NCBI GenBank assembly: GCA_043817315.1
Contig: JBDRGY010000002.1
Location: 1,046-65,045 of the forward strand
Origin: Patescibacteria group bacterium
GTDB lineage: Bacteria; Patescibacteriota; Patescibacteriia; JBDRGY01
Direction of reading: 5' to 3'
DNA length: 64,000 bases
Shown: positions 38,172-48,669 of the stretch, piece after piece
Position numbering within the stretch: position 1 is the stretch's first letter
Layout of the letters: every line of letters begins with the position of its first letter
Position numbers and translations under genes: made by a program
The notes under the pieces: model-generated
Told to the model about the DNA's origin: nothing
Database searches by the model: none
Seen by the model: the letters and a program-made list of their open reading frames with translations, nothing else

Positions 38172-38774
38172 ATGACTTATCCTAATCGTCAACTAGAAAA
38201 CAAATTGGCTAAAAAGTATCAGCGAATCGCCGGAGTGGATGAAGCCGGTCGAGGTGCTCTGGCCGGACCAATTGTAGCTGGAGCCGTGATTATGCCCCGG
38301 AAAAGAATTTTAGGTATCAAAGACTCAAAGCTGCTTTCGCCCCAAAAACGCCAGATCCTTTTTAAAGAAATTAAAAAAGAAGCGATTGCCTGGGCCATTG
38401 GTTCTGTCTCCAATAAACAAATCGATAAGATCGGTATCGGCCGGGCCAATAAGCTGGCTATTCAAAAAGCAATTGGTAAATTGAATCCTAGACCAGATTA
38501 TGTTTTAATCGACGGTAATTTAAAAATCGATTCTAAGCTTCCCTACCGCTCAATTATTGATGGTGACTATAAAATCTATGTAATTGCCGCTGCTTCTATA
38601 TTGGCCAAAGTCTATCGGGACAATCTTCTCGTCAGCTATCATCGGAAATATCCTAAATATCAACTGTCCAGTCACAAGGGGTATGGCACCAAAACCCATC
38701 TGGTCCAGCTTAAAAAGCTGGGACCGAGTCAGCTGCACCGCCTCAGTTTCCTGTCAGGCCTTTTAAAAAGGTAA
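38172..38774 (+). CDS. rnhB: Ribonuclease HII
   Basis: IAGVDEAGRGALAGPIVAGAVI catalytic DEDD N-terminal motif and DSK; length 200 aa. Confidence 0.9.
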   Translation: MTYPNRQLENKLAKKYQRIAGVDEAGRGALAGPIVAGAVIMPRKRILGIKDSKLLSPQKRQILFKEIKKEAIAWAIGSVSNKQIDKIGIGRANKLAIQKAIGKLNPRPDYVLIDGNLKIDSKLPYRSIIDGDYKIYVIAAASILAKVYRDNLLVSYHRKYPKYQLSSHKGYGTKTHLVQLKKLGPSQLHRLSFLSGLLKR

Positions 38775-38807
38775 AAAGTGTGCTATAATGTAAGTGAAAA
38801 TAAGCTT

Positions 38808-39362
38808 ATGACAGTCCAAGTATCCGGGGGAAACGAATTAATAAACCCCGAGAAAATTCTTAAGAAAATCAAAATAGGCTTCGGCGATAAAGTGGCTGAT
38901 TTCGGCTGTGGCGGAGCTGGTTTTTTTACTTTAGCTACAGCCAAAATGGTAGGACAAGACGGGATAGTCTATGCGGTTGATGTCCTTAAACCCGTCCTGG
39001 CCGCCATCGAAAGCAAGGCTTTCTTAAACGGTGTTAAAAATATCAAAACGATTTGGTCTAACTTGGAAGTTTACCAGGCCACTCACATTCCCGACCAAGC
39101 GGTTGACCTGGGGATGTTGATCAATGTTTTATTCCAAGGAACCAAGAAACTGGATATGCTCAAGGAGTGCGCTCGCATTGTTAAAAAGGGTGGACGGTTC
39201 GTAATCATCGATTGGAAGTCAATCGGAGCCCCCTTCGGACCCCCTGCCAAGATGCGGATACCCGAAGAGAAGATTAGGGAGATGACCAAGATGCTAAATC
39301 TCAAAGAAGAAGAATTCTTTGACGCGGGCACTTACCATTATTGCTTCATCTTCAGAAAATAA
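38808..39362 (+). CDS. Class I SAM-dependent methyltransferase
   Basis: SAM motif I VADFGCGGAGFF. ATG at 38808 follows a TATAAT box (the ORF-track start at 38778 is inside the promoter). Confidence 0.75.
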   Translation: MTVQVSGGNELINPEKILKKIKIGFGDKVADFGCGGAGFFTLATAKMVGQDGIVYAVDVLKPVLAAIESKAFLNGVKNIKTIWSNLEVYQATHIPDQAVDLGMLINVLFQGTKKLDMLKECARIVKKGGRFVIIDWKSIGAPFGPPAKMRIPEEKIREMTKMLNLKEEEFFDAGTYHYCFIFRK

Positions 39363-39410
39363 ATTTGTAATTTAGAAAGTTCAGCGACCAGCAATGGTCA
39401 TTTTTTTATT

Positions 39411-39788
39411 ATGAAGAACTATCGGCAAAATTTAGGCGACTGGGGTGAACAGCTAGCTGTAAAATATTTAGCGAAGCTCGGTTATCGGATATTGAATAGA
39501 AAGTGGCGCGTCCGGGAGGGCGAAATTGATTTGATCGCCCTGGAAGGGAATACTTTGGTTTTTATCGAAGTTAAAACCAGGCGTTCTCATCTTTTTGGCC
39601 TGGCTGTGGAATCTATCACCCCCGGGAAGCAGATGAAAATGATAAAAAGCATTCAGAAATACTTGGCTCAGCATATTAATGCCAAAAAGAGGCAAATTAG
39701 AATTGATGTTATCCTCATTGACCTTGATAAGAATTCAAAAATATATCTGACTCACATGAAAAATCCTGTCATTGACTGTCAGGAATGA
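39411..39788 (+). CDS. yraN: YraN-family (UPF0102) endonuclease
   Basis: GEQLAVKYLAKLGYRILNRKWRVREGEIDLIA...FIEVKTR, the PD-(D/E)xK-like YraN pattern; rnhB-yraN synteny is common. Confidence 0.8.
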   Translation: MKNYRQNLGDWGEQLAVKYLAKLGYRILNRKWRVREGEIDLIALEGNTLVFIEVKTRRSHLFGLAVESITPGKQMKMIKSIQKYLAQHINAKKRQIRIDVILIDLDKNSKIYLTHMKNPVIDCQE

Positions 39789-39876
39789 TACTTGCCAAAT
39801 ATTGACCTTTAATTTATACTAATAATGGACTAGTTTTTAAACTAGTCTTTTTTATTAAGTAATCAATTTAAATCTC

Positions 39877-41169
39877 ATGAAATCAGAAATATCAGCCGCC
39901 ATAAAACAAATATGTCAGGAAAAAAATATATCCTACGAATCGGTAATTGAGACTATCGAGGCAGCTTTGGCTGTGGCCTACCGCAAGGATTTTGGCGAAA
40001 AAGATCAGAATATTATTGTCAATTTTGACCCGGACACCAGTAAGTCTGATGTTTTTGACGTAAAAAAGGTGGTAGCTGACGAGGCTGAAGACTTAGAGAG
40101 CTTTGATCCCAAAGCAGAGATTATTTTAACCGAAGCTCAAAAAATCAAGAAAGGTGCCAAAATTGATGACGAGCTAAAAGAAAAGTTGGTACCACCGACT
40201 GATTACGGACGAATGGCCGCCCAGACCGCTAAGCAGGTTATCATCCAAAAGTTACGAGAGGCCGAAAGAGAAACACTTTACAATGAATATAAGTCCAAAG
40301 AGGGCGAGATCGTTACCGGAATAATCCAGGGCATTGAGGGCCGGGTGGTCTTGGTAGAGTTAGGGCATGCCACCGGTATTATGCCTCCTCAAGAACAGAT
40401 CCGCGATGAAAATTACCGATCAGGCCAAAGGATGAAAATATTTATCGTGTCGGTTAACGCTACTTCCAAGGGTCCGGAGATTATAGTCTCCCGCGCTCAT
40501 CCTGATATGGTAAAACGACTATTTACTCAGGAAGTGCCCGAAATCCAAAATGGGGCTATCGAAATCAAGGCCATTGGTCGAGAAGCTGGTTCTAGAACTA
40601 AAATAGCTGTGCGCTCCAACCAAGCCAACATAGATCCTATCGGATCCTGTGTTGGGCAAAGGGGTAGTCGTGTCCAAACTATTATTGGTGAACTGGGCGG
40701 AGAAAAGGTTGACATTGTCCAGTATGATGATGATCCGATTAAATTTATCGTTAATGCACTTTCTCCGGCAAAAATAATTTCGGTTAAGCTTGATCGCAAA
40801 GAAAAATCGGCAATAGCCGAAGTAAAAGAGGATCAACTCTCTTTAGCTATTGGCAAGGGGGGACAGAACGTTCGTTTATCCGCAAGAATATCCGGATGGA
40901 AAATTGATATTGTACCTGAAGGGGAGAAGAAACCGGCTAGAGCTGACAAAGATGATAAAAAAGATGAGGACAAAGAAGAAAAGGACAAAAAAGAAGATGA
41001 GTCGGAAAAGAAGACCGACAAGAAGGAAAAGAAAGAGACTAAGGAAGATGATGAACCGAAAAAAAAGAAGAAAGAGAAGGCGGAAAAGGAAGAAGAGGAA
41101 AAACCTAATCCCAAGAAAGAGGACAAAGAAGAAAAGGACAAAAAAGAAGAAGGCAAGAAAGGTAACTAA
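39877..41169 (+). CDS. nusA: Transcription termination/antitermination factor NusA with K/E-rich low-complexity C-terminal tail
   Basis: N-terminal domain, S1 domain (GEIVTGIIQGIEGRVVLVELG) and two KH domains (GSCVGQRGSRVQ...; LAIGKGGQNVRLSA); ~90-aa KEKD-rich tail. Confidence 0.9.
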   Translation: MKSEISAAIKQICQEKNISYESVIETIEAALAVAYRKDFGEKDQNIIVNFDPDTSKSDVFDVKKVVADEAEDLESFDPKAEIILTEAQKIKKGAKIDDELKEKLVPPTDYGRMAAQTAKQVIIQKLREAERETLYNEYKSKEGEIVTGIIQGIEGRVVLVELGHATGIMPPQEQIRDENYRSGQRMKIFIVSVNATSKGPEIIVSRAHPDMVKRLFTQEVPEIQNGAIEIKAIGREAGSRTKIAVRSNQANIDPIGSCVGQRGSRVQTIIGELGGEKVDIVQYDDDPIKFIVNALSPAKIISVKLDRKEKSAIAEVKEDQLSLAIGKGGQNVRLSARISGWKIDIVPEGEKKPARADKDDKKDEDKEEKDKKEDESEKKTDKKEKKETKEDDEPKKKKKEKAEKEEEEKPNPKKEDKEEKDKKEEGKKGN

Positions 41170-41209
41170 TAAGTCTGATAAAACATAAATTTAAAAAGGA
41201 GAAACTAAG

Positions 41210-43183
41210 ATGCACCTAGGAATTATCGCCATCATTTTCGGACTAGCTGGTTTATTGGTCGCCTTGATCCTATTCTTTTTGGTCAAGAGGCAGCCGGCTG
41301 GGAATGAAACAATGAAAGACATTTCAGATCAAATCCATCAAGGAGCTATGGTTTTTCTGAAAAAAGAGTATTCAATCCTTTCAATTTTTATTATTGCAAT
41401 ATTTGTTTTGCTTTTCTGGAAAATCGGTCAGTGGACAGCTGTGGCTTATCTAACTGGATCGGTCTGTTCCATGATTGCCGGTTATTTCGGCATGCAGGCA
41501 GCCACCAAGGCCAATGTCAGAACCGCCCAAGCTGCTTCAACTGGCGATCAGGGCAGGGCCTTAACCACTGCCTTTACTGGCGGAGCGGTAATGGGTCTAT
41601 CAGTAGCTGCTTTGGGCATGTTAGGTTTGGGAATATATTATTATTTTTTTCGAGACAGCAATCCAGCCGTTTTATCCGGCTTTTCCATGGGAGCCTCATC
41701 AATCGCCTTATTCGCCAGGGTAGGTGGAGGAATTTTCACCAAATCAGCTGATGTCGGAGCTGATCTGGTCGGTAAGATAGAGGCCGGCATTCCCGAAGAT
41801 GATCCCAGAAATCCAGCTGTTATTGCCGACAACGTCGGTGATAATGTCGGTGATGTTGCCGGAATGGGAGCTGATATTTTTGAATCTTACGTCGGTTCCA
41901 TTGTAGCCACCATCGCTATCGCCGCCACTGCAGCTACTTATGCTGCTTTGAAGCTGGAATATATGGCCCTGCCACTCTGGGTAGTAATTACAGGGCTAGT
42001 GGCCTCTGTTCTGGGGATTCTTTCAGTCCGAGTGTTTAGTAAAATGAATCCTCAGACTGTTTTGCGGCTAGTAACTTATGTGGCAGCTTTGATCCTATTA
42101 ATCGTTTCTTATTTTATTGTGGATAAACTGGGTTTACCGGTGGGTGTTTTTTGGGCCATTCTATCCGGCACCATTGCTGGCATTGTGATCGGCTTATTAA
42201 CTGAGTTTTACACTTCAGGTAGTCCGGTTCGGAAAATCGCTAAAGCTTCGGAAACAGGTGCGGCCACCAATATCATCACCGGCCTAGCTGTCGGCATGGA
42301 AAGCGTAGTGGCGCCGGTCATTATTATCAGCGCTGCGGTTTTTATCTCTTTTCAGATGGCCGGTTTATACGGAATCGGTATTGCTGCCGTAGGAATGCTG
42401 GCCACAATCGGTGTCACCATGTCAGTGGATGCTTACGGCCCGATAGCTGATAATGCTGGCGGCATTTCAGAAATGGCACATCTGCCTCCGGAAACCAGAA
42501 AGGTAACTGATAAACTTGATTCTCTCGGCAATACCACAGCAGCTATTGGTAAGGGCTTTGCCATCGGTTCGGCTGCCCTGACTGCCTTGGCCTTGTTTTC
42601 TGCTTACACAACGGCTGTTGGCTTAGATAGTATTAATCTGACTGAAGCCACAGTGGTAGTCGGTTTATTTATTGGCGGCCTACTTCCCTTCTTTATTGCC
42701 TCTAGTACCATGACGGCCGTGGGCCGAGCCGCCTTTAAAATGGTTAATGAAGTCCGAAGACAGTTTAAAGAAATCTCCGGCTTAATGGAGGGAACGGCCA
42801 AACCAGACTCGGCTCGTTGTGTCTCTATTGCTGCCACGGGGGCTCTTAAAGAAATGATTATACCGGGCTTAGTTGCCATTATTGCGCCTGTACTAGTCGG
42901 CCTATTCTTGGGTAAAGCGGCCTTGGGCGGACTTCTGGCTGGCGCCACCCTGACCGGTGTATTACTGGCTTTGATGATGGCCAACGGAGGCGGTGCCTGG
43001 GACAATGCCAAGAAGTATATCGAGGCTGGTCACCATGGAGGTAAGGGGTCTGCTCCCCATAAAGCTGCAGTGGTTGGTGACACGGTTGGTGATCCCTTTA
43101 AAGACACCTCTGGCCCCTCAATGAATATTCTAATAAAGTTGATGGCAGTAGTGGCACTGGTTCTGGCCCCCCTCTTTATCTAA
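41210..43183 (+). CDS. hppA: Membrane-bound proton/sodium-translocating pyrophosphatase
   Basis: 657 aa, about 15 TM helices, signature [21 protein letters not shown], plus [15 protein letters not shown]. Confidence 0.95.
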   Translation: MHLGIIAIIFGLAGLLVALILFFLVKRQPAGNETMKDISDQIHQGAMVFLKKEYSILSIFIIAIFVLLFWKIGQWTAVAYLTGSVCSMIAGYFGMQAATKANVRTAQAASTGDQGRALTTAFTGGAVMGLSVAALGMLGLGIYYYFFRDSNPAVLSGFSMGASSIALFARVGGGIFTKSADVGADLVGKIEAGIPEDDPRNPAVIADNVGDNVGDVAGMGADIFESYVGSIVATIAIAATAATYAALKLEYMALPLWVVITGLVASVLGILSVRVFSKMNPQTVLRLVTYVAALILLIVSYFIVDKLGLPVGVFWAILSGTIAGIVIGLLTEFYTSGSPVRKIAKASETGAATNIITGLAVGMESVVAPVIIISAAVFISFQMAGLYGIGIAAVGMLATIGVTMSVDAYGPIADNAGGISEMAHLPPETRKVTDKLDSLGNTTAAIGKGFAIGSAALTALALFSAYTTAVGLDSINLTEATVVVGLFIGGLLPFFIASSTMTAVGRAAFKMVNEVRRQFKEISGLMEGTAKPDSARCVSIAATGALKEMIIPGLVAIIAPVLVGLFLGKAALGGLLAGATLTGVLLALMMANGGGAWDNAKKYIEAGHHGGKGSAPHKAAVVGDTVGDPFKDTSGPSMNILIKLMAVVALVLAPLFI

Positions 43184-43195
43184 AATAGTTTTCAT

Positions 43196-43852
43196 ATGGA
43201 AAAAACTTATCCTATCTTTAGACGCACTCTTGGTGCTGCCTTTATGTGGCGACCCGATGAGGTTGTTGGTTATGACAATATTCCAGCTAAAGGCCCCTTC
43301 ATTGTGGCTGTTAACCACATCAGTCATCTAGAGCCGTTTATGGTAGGTGCTCAGGTGGTCAAAAAAACTGACCAAAAAGTTCACTACATAGCTAAGCCAG
43401 AATACTGGAAATGGCCCGGTGCCAAACTGGCTGCTCAATATTCCGGGGCGGTAGTCTACGACAAAAAAGACAAGAAGGGTTGTCTGGACCCAGCCCTCAA
43501 TGTATTGAAGACTGGAGGAATAATGGCAATTTTTCCAGAGGGCACCAGAAATTTTGACTACGCCCTGCTGCGCGGCCATACCGGTGTTGCCAGGATGGTT
43601 TTGGGAGCTAAAGTTCCGGTACTGCCTGTTGGTTTTTTCGGACCCCACACCTACGGCTGGGACACTTTTATTCATCTGTTTTTTAAAGGAACCAAAATAA
43701 AGATTATTTTCGGTCAACTGATGCATTTTGATCAGCATTACGAAAAAAAGGTTACTAAAAAACTGCTTCAGGAAATTACCGATGAAGTTATGAGAGCCAT
43801 TGGCAAGTTGTGCCAAAAATCTTATCCTTATAAAGTAGACGTTTATAAATAA
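43196..43852 (+). CDS. plsC: 1-acyl-sn-glycerol-3-phosphate acyltransferase (lysophospholipid acyltransferase family)
   Basis: Acyltransferase motifs NHISHLEP (block I) and FPEGTR (block III). Confidence 0.8.
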   Translation: MEKTYPIFRRTLGAAFMWRPDEVVGYDNIPAKGPFIVAVNHISHLEPFMVGAQVVKKTDQKVHYIAKPEYWKWPGAKLAAQYSGAVVYDKKDKKGCLDPALNVLKTGGIMAIFPEGTRNFDYALLRGHTGVARMVLGAKVPVLPVGFFGPHTYGWDTFIHLFFKGTKIKIIFGQLMHFDQHYEKKVTKKLLQEITDEVMRAIGKLCQKSYPYKVDVYK

Positions 43853-43863
43853 CCAATAAAATT

Positions 43864-45315
43864 ATGGAAAAGTGGGCCAACTTACAAAAAATGCCCCTGG
43901 AAAAAATCCAGGCATTGCAAAACAAAAAACTAAAACGGTTTGTCCGGCATTTTGTCCCATATTCCCCCTACTACCGAGAATTGTTTATAAAAAATAACTT
44001 ATCCTTTTCTGACATCCAAACCACCGATGATTTGGTCAAGCTGCCCTTTACCACTAAAGAGGATTTAGCTCCTTCTGATGATGACCCTGGCCGTCCACGC
44101 AAGTTTATGCTACAGCCTGACGAAGAGCTAATTAAGAAATACGCTTCTAAGGGTGCTTTGCTAAAAATCCTGTGGCAAAAAATCACTAAACAGGATTACA
44201 AAAAAGCGCTGGAGTGGCAGTTTAAACCAATCCATTTACACTTTACGACTGGTCGTACGGCTAAGCCGACTGCTTTCGGTTATTCCGCTTATGACCTGGA
44301 GAATATCAAACAAGCCGGTGAAAGAATGTTTAACGTAGCTGGAGCAACCAGGGATATGACAAGCATTAACGGTTTTCCCTACTCTCCTCATTTAGCTTTC
44401 TGGCAAGCCTTTTTTGGCTTTACTCAAATCGGTTTAACTTCCTTGCAAACCGGCGGCGGCAAAGTGATGGGCACTCAAAAAATTATTGACGCGATCGAAA
44501 GTCTGAAGGCCAAATTGGTTGTCTTTATTCCTGGCTATGCTTATCACCTGATGCGGGAAGCAGCTTCTCAGCAAAAAGACTATTCTAATATTGAACTAGT
44601 TATTACTGGTGGTGAGAAATTAAGTCCTGGCTTCCGCGACAAAATTAGAGAATTCCTTCAGTCAATGGGATCGGCTAATCCTAAAATCTTAGCCACCTAT
44701 GCCATGACTGAAGGGAAAGTGGGCTGGATTCAGTGCCACGAGAAATCCGGCTATCATCTATATCCGGATATTGAATATTTTGAACTGGTTAACGAAGAGG
44801 GGCAGCGCGTTAAAGAAGGAGAAAAGGGCCAGATCGTTTACACCGCCCTTGATTGGCAAAGTTCCATGGTCTTGCGCTACAAAACTGGCGACTTAACCGA
44901 CAATATTGAAACTAACCCCTGCCCGCACTGCCAAAGAACCGTCCCCCGCATTAATCCAAATATTCAAAGATCATCTGAGTTCAAAGAATTCAAATTGGCC
45001 AAGGTTAAGGGCGAGCTGGTTAATTTGAATTTATTCATGCCTTTGATTTCCGGCTTGGCCGAAGTGGAAGAGTGGCAGGTAGAAATTAAAAAGAAAAATA
45101 ATGACCCCTTGGAGTTAGACGAAATTTACCTTTATGTCTCTCCCCGGCCTGGTGTTAATTGGGAATCATTTAAAACCAAGCTGGAGAAATTGGTTTATGC
45201 TGATATTGGGGTGGGCGTTATTATTGAACAGATGGATACCCAGGAAATTCTGGGGCGTCTAGGCATGGAAACCGAACTCAAAGAAAAGAGATTGCTGGAT
45301 TCCAGGCCACAATAA
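43864..45315 (+). CDS. Phenylacetate-CoA ligase-like adenylate-forming enzyme (PaaK/F390 synthetase family)
   Basis: 483 aa. N-terminal LQNKKLKRFVRHF...YYRE and the central TTGRTAKPT... adenylation core resemble PaaK-family ANL enzymes. Confidence 0.6.
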   Translation: MEKWANLQKMPLEKIQALQNKKLKRFVRHFVPYSPYYRELFIKNNLSFSDIQTTDDLVKLPFTTKEDLAPSDDDPGRPRKFMLQPDEELIKKYASKGALLKILWQKITKQDYKKALEWQFKPIHLHFTTGRTAKPTAFGYSAYDLENIKQAGERMFNVAGATRDMTSINGFPYSPHLAFWQAFFGFTQIGLTSLQTGGGKVMGTQKIIDAIESLKAKLVVFIPGYAYHLMREAASQQKDYSNIELVITGGEKLSPGFRDKIREFLQSMGSANPKILATYAMTEGKVGWIQCHEKSGYHLYPDIEYFELVNEEGQRVKEGEKGQIVYTALDWQSSMVLRYKTGDLTDNIETNPCPHCQRTVPRINPNIQRSSEFKEFKLAKVKGELVNLNLFMPLISGLAEVEEWQVEIKKKNNDPLELDEIYLYVSPRPGVNWESFKTKLEKLVYADIGVGVIIEQMDTQEILGRLGMETELKEKRLLDSRPQ

Positions 45316-45336
45316 ATAATATCTAAGATAAAAAAA

Positions 45337-45372
45337 TAGGACATCGATTGAACTCGATGTCCTTTTGTACCT
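45337..45372. terminator. Bidirectional rho-independent terminator (GGACATCGA...TCGATGTCC flanked by A/T runs)
   Basis: AAAAAAATAGGACATCGATTGAACTCGATGTCCTTTTGT sits between the convergent genes 43864..45315(+) and 45383..45880(-). Confidence 0.55.
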
Positions 45373-45382
45373 CCTGGATTCG

Positions 45383-45880
45383 CTATCCAGCCATGGCCAG
45401 CTGGCCAGTAGATGCCTCTTTGAGGGCAAGCTCAGGACGGACTAGAACCTGACCCTCCGGGCAGATCTTGATATCCACCTTGCCTTCATTTGGCAAAGGG
45501 GTGATAGTACCGATCTGAGTACTGACATCTCCAGCCCCTTGGAAGACCCAAAGCAGATGGCCACCCGGGCCAACCTCCAGGCCCATGCCCAGGGACTCTA
45601 GTCTTTCCCGAAAGCTTTCAGGGATATCACCAATCAGCTGGAAAGAGTCTCCGGATATGACCAGCTCTCCCCTGGGATGGAAGTGCCACTCCACCTTGCC
45701 GTCATCCGATCGGGGGGTAACATTGCCGATCTGAGTGGTTATGTCCTGACCAACCGTCCGGATCGATATATGCTGACCTTTGTAGCCACGGGCGAACTCG
45801 ATTCCCCGTACCGTCAAGGAATCAGCCAGATCCGACATGCTGCCAACAAAGATGAAGTCCTGATCGCTGGACCAGCTCAT
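45383..45880 (-). CDS. Hypothetical protein with an internal tandem duplication (two ~45-aa repeats), GC-rich
   Basis: Repeats ITTQIGNVTPRSDDGKVEWHFHPRGELVISGDSFQLIGDIPESF and VSTQIGTITPLPNEGKVDIKICPEGQVLVRPELAL. ATG at 45880 preceded by AAGGAAAGGGGGG. Upstream TTGACA-16-TAAGAT promoter. Confidence 0.5.
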   Translation of the reverse strand: MSWSSDQDFIFVGSMSDLADSLTVRGIEFARGYKGQHISIRTVGQDITTQIGNVTPRSDDGKVEWHFHPRGELVISGDSFQLIGDIPESFRERLESLGMGLEVGPGGHLLWVFQGAGDVSTQIGTITPLPNEGKVDIKICPEGQVLVRPELALKEASTGQLAMAG

Positions 45881-45998
45881 TCTTTGCCCCCCTTTCCTTA
45901 GCCTGGACAATACTCCTTTTGGGACTTACCCATCTTAGCAGAAAATTTCAATTTGTCAAGTATACTTTGGTTCCAAAAAATGATAAAATTAAGCCAGC

Positions 45999-46538
45999 AT
46001 GACATTCATTTTCCAATGTATTTGGTATATGCTGCCGGCTGGTTTTGCCAACATGTCACCGGTACTGATGAAATTCGGGTTTAAGAAAATCGCCAAGCCA
46101 GTCGATGGCGGCCACACTTGGCACGGCAAGCCCATTTTGGGTAAAAGCAAAACTTGGCGCGGTTATCTTTTTGCTCCTATTTTCGGCCTGATCATGTTTG
46201 GTTTCCAGCAGTATCTGTATCAATTTGAAGCTATTCAAAGGCTTAGTTTTTTCAACTACCATGAGCAAACCATCTGGTTGGGTGCTTTGCTGGGCGCCGG
46301 AGCTATTTTGGGTGATTCTCTAAAAAGCTTCTTTAAAAGACGGGTCAATCTGCGCCCCGGGCAGAGCTGGATCCCCTTTGATCAGATAGATTACACCCTT
46401 GGGGGCCTGACTCTCGGAGCTATACTTTTCTGGCCTGGCTGGAATGTCTTTGGTACCGTTATCGGGGTTGGACTTTTTCTCCATATGATAGTAAATTTAA
46501 TTGGATATTCTATTAAACTACAAAAAACTAAACTATGA
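45999..46538 (+). CDS. CDP-archaeol synthase-like (CarS/DUF46 family) membrane protein
   Basis: 179 aa, about 5 TM helices; PVDGGHTWHGKPILGKSKTWRGYLFAPIFG resembles the CarS cytoplasmic-loop motif (D..G...GK...G..KTWRG). Confidence 0.5.
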   Translation: MTFIFQCIWYMLPAGFANMSPVLMKFGFKKIAKPVDGGHTWHGKPILGKSKTWRGYLFAPIFGLIMFGFQQYLYQFEAIQRLSFFNYHEQTIWLGALLGAGAILGDSLKSFFKRRVNLRPGQSWIPFDQIDYTLGGLTLGAILFWPGWNVFGTVIGVGLFLHMIVNLIGYSIKLQKTKL

Positions 46539-47821
46539 AGTACGAAATCAAGAAATTGCCCAAAAACCAAGTTCAGATCGTTGTCGAAATTCCGGTCGAT
46601 GCTCATAAGCCGCATTTGGAAAAGGCGGCTCAGCTTTTAGTTAAAGATTCGAAAATATCAGGCTTCAGACCGGGCAAGGTGCCTTATGATATACTCAAGG
46701 AAAAATTGGGAGAGTCGGCAATATATCAAGAAGCGGCTCACCTGATAGTGGAAAAAACCTATCCTGATATCTGCCAAAAGGAAAAATTACTGACCGTGGC
46801 TTCTCCTAAAGTCGAGGTCATAAAAGTGGCTCCGGGCAATCCATTTATTTACAAAGTAATTGTCCCCTTGTTGCCCAGAGTGACACTGGGTGACTATAAG
46901 AAGTTTAAGTCCCAGAAGAATAAAGTTGAGGTAAAGCCTGAACAAGTGGAAAAGGTGTTGCAGGATTTACGTCAGATGCGCGCCACTGAAGTGGCTGCCG
47001 ACAAAGCCATCGCCAAGGGTGATAAAGCTGAAATTGATTTTCAAATTTTTATGGACAAAGTGGCTATTGAGGGTGGCCAAGGCAATAAGTTTGCCATGAT
47101 TGTTGGCGAGGGGTATTTTATCCCTGGATTCGAAGACCAATTGATTGGCATGACTAAGGGCCAAGAAAAAAAATTCCAGCTAACTTTTCCCAAGAATTAC
47201 TTCCAGAAGAATCTGGCCAACCGAGAAGGTGATTTTCAGGTAAAAGTGGTGGCCGTTTATGAAAGAAAGTTACCCGAGTTAAATGATAATTTTGCCAAGA
47301 CTGTCGGCAACAAATTTTTGTCATTTAATCACCTTAAGCAGGAGCTGACCAAGAATCTGGAGCAAGAGGAACAAAGAAAAGAAGATCAGCGTTTTGAATT
47401 GGCACTTTTGGAAGAAATTATCGGGCGCTCTCAGTTCGAAGAAATTCCGGAGATCCTGATTGAAGCAGAGTTGGATAAAATGATCGCTGAGTTGCGGGCC
47501 GAAATCGAAAGTCGTCAGTTAAAATTCGATGACTACCTCAAAAGCATTAAGCAATCCGTGGAAAACTTAAGGGGAGAATTCAACGACAAAGCCATAAAAA
47601 GAGTAAAAACTGCCCTGGTCAGTCGGGAAATTGCCGAAACAGAGGATATCGATGCCAACGACGAAGAAGTGGCAGCCGAGATCAATAAAACCATGCAACT
47701 CTACGCCGGTGATGAAGATATCAAAAAGCGCCTGGCCACTCCTCAGTATTTTACATATCTCAAGAACGTCATGATCAGTAAAAAAGTCTTTCAGTTCCTC
47801 GATAAATTGGCTTCAAAATAA
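46535..47821 (+). CDS. tig: Trigger factor
   Basis: N-terminal ribosome-binding signature GFRPGKVP, PPIase-like middle domain, C-terminal arm; 428 aa. Confidence 0.9.
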   Translation: MKYEIKKLPKNQVQIVVEIPVDAHKPHLEKAAQLLVKDSKISGFRPGKVPYDILKEKLGESAIYQEAAHLIVEKTYPDICQKEKLLTVASPKVEVIKVAPGNPFIYKVIVPLLPRVTLGDYKKFKSQKNKVEVKPEQVEKVLQDLRQMRATEVAADKAIAKGDKAEIDFQIFMDKVAIEGGQGNKFAMIVGEGYFIPGFEDQLIGMTKGQEKKFQLTFPKNYFQKNLANREGDFQVKVVAVYERKLPELNDNFAKTVGNKFLSFNHLKQELTKNLEQEEQRKEDQRFELALLEEIIGRSQFEEIPEILIEAELDKMIAELRAEIESRQLKFDDYLKSIKQSVENLRGEFNDKAIKRVKTALVSREIAETEDIDANDEEVAAEINKTMQLYAGDEDIKKRLATPQYFTYLKNVMISKKVFQFLDKLASK

Positions 47822-47826
47822 TAATT

Positions 47827-48669
47827 ATGAAGTTCGGCGCTCACGTTTCCATTGCGCACGGTATCCAATACGCTCCGCTAAATGCCAACCAGCTAGGCTG
47901 TGAGGTTTTTCAGATGTTCACTCGCCCTCCTCAGGGGGGTCCTGCGTCTAACTTAAACGAACAAGCCATTGAAGATTTTCTTACTAATTGCAGTAAGTTC
48001 CAGTTTACCGACTATTACGTTCATGCCCCTTACTATATAAACCTGGCATCTATAAAAAAGAATATCTATTTTGGTTCGATAGCTGCCATTCGCAAAGAAC
48101 TTGAAGTCGGCGCTAAAATTAAAGCTGAATACGTGATGTTCCATCCGGGCAGCGCCAAGGACGTTACCGAAAAAAAGGGCATCAAGATGGTGATAGAGGG
48201 CCTCAAGAAGATATTAGACGGTTACGACGGAGCTACAGAACTGTTAATCGAAAACTCGGCCGGGGCTGGTTCTGTGGTCGGTGACAAATTTGAGGAAATT
48301 GCCGAGATTATCCAGGAAGTCAATCATCCTAAATTAACCGGTGTTTGCCTGGATACTGCTCATTCTTTTGAATCCGGTTATGATTGGCAAGACAAAAAGG
48401 CAGTTGATAATACCTTGAAGAAGTTCGATAAAACCCTAGGGCTCTCTAAGTTAAAAATGATGCACGGTAATGATTCCAAAACAGTTATCGGCTCTCATTC
48501 GGACAGACATGAACATATCGGCCAGGGAGAAATCGGACTTGGGGGGTTTAAGGCTATTATCAAGCACTCTAAACTACAAAAGATCAATTTAGTTTTAGAA
48601 ACCCCGGCTGATCAAGGTGGTTACAAAACCGATTTAAAAATATTGAAAGACTTAAGGGCGGGCCAATGA
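47827..48669 (+). CDS. nfo: Endonuclease IV (AP endonuclease family 2)
   Basis: MKFGAHVSIA...HAPYYINLAS...MFHPGS...ENSAGAGS...LDTAHSFESGYD...HGNDSK...SHSDRHEHIGQGEIG; the metal-ligand pattern of Nfo. Confidence 0.9.
   Translation: MKFGAHVSIAHGIQYAPLNANQLGCEVFQMFTRPPQGGPASNLNEQAIEDFLTNCSKFQFTDYYVHAPYYINLASIKKNIYFGSIAAIRKELEVGAKIKAEYVMFHPGSAKDVTEKKGIKMVIEGLKKILDGYDGATELLIENSAGAGSVVGDKFEEIAEIIQEVNHPKLTGVCLDTAHSFESGYDWQDKKAVDNTLKKFDKTLGLSKLKMMHGNDSKTVIGSHSDRHEHIGQGEIGLGGFKAIIKHSKLQKINLVLETPADQGGYKTDLKILKDLRAGQ

Noticed and set aside
40833-41188. ORFs 40833..41156(-) and 40850..41188(+) encoding poly-K/R or poly-S/F proteins
   Set aside because: Artefacts of the GAA/AAG-rich DNA encoding the Lys/Glu-rich NusA tail.
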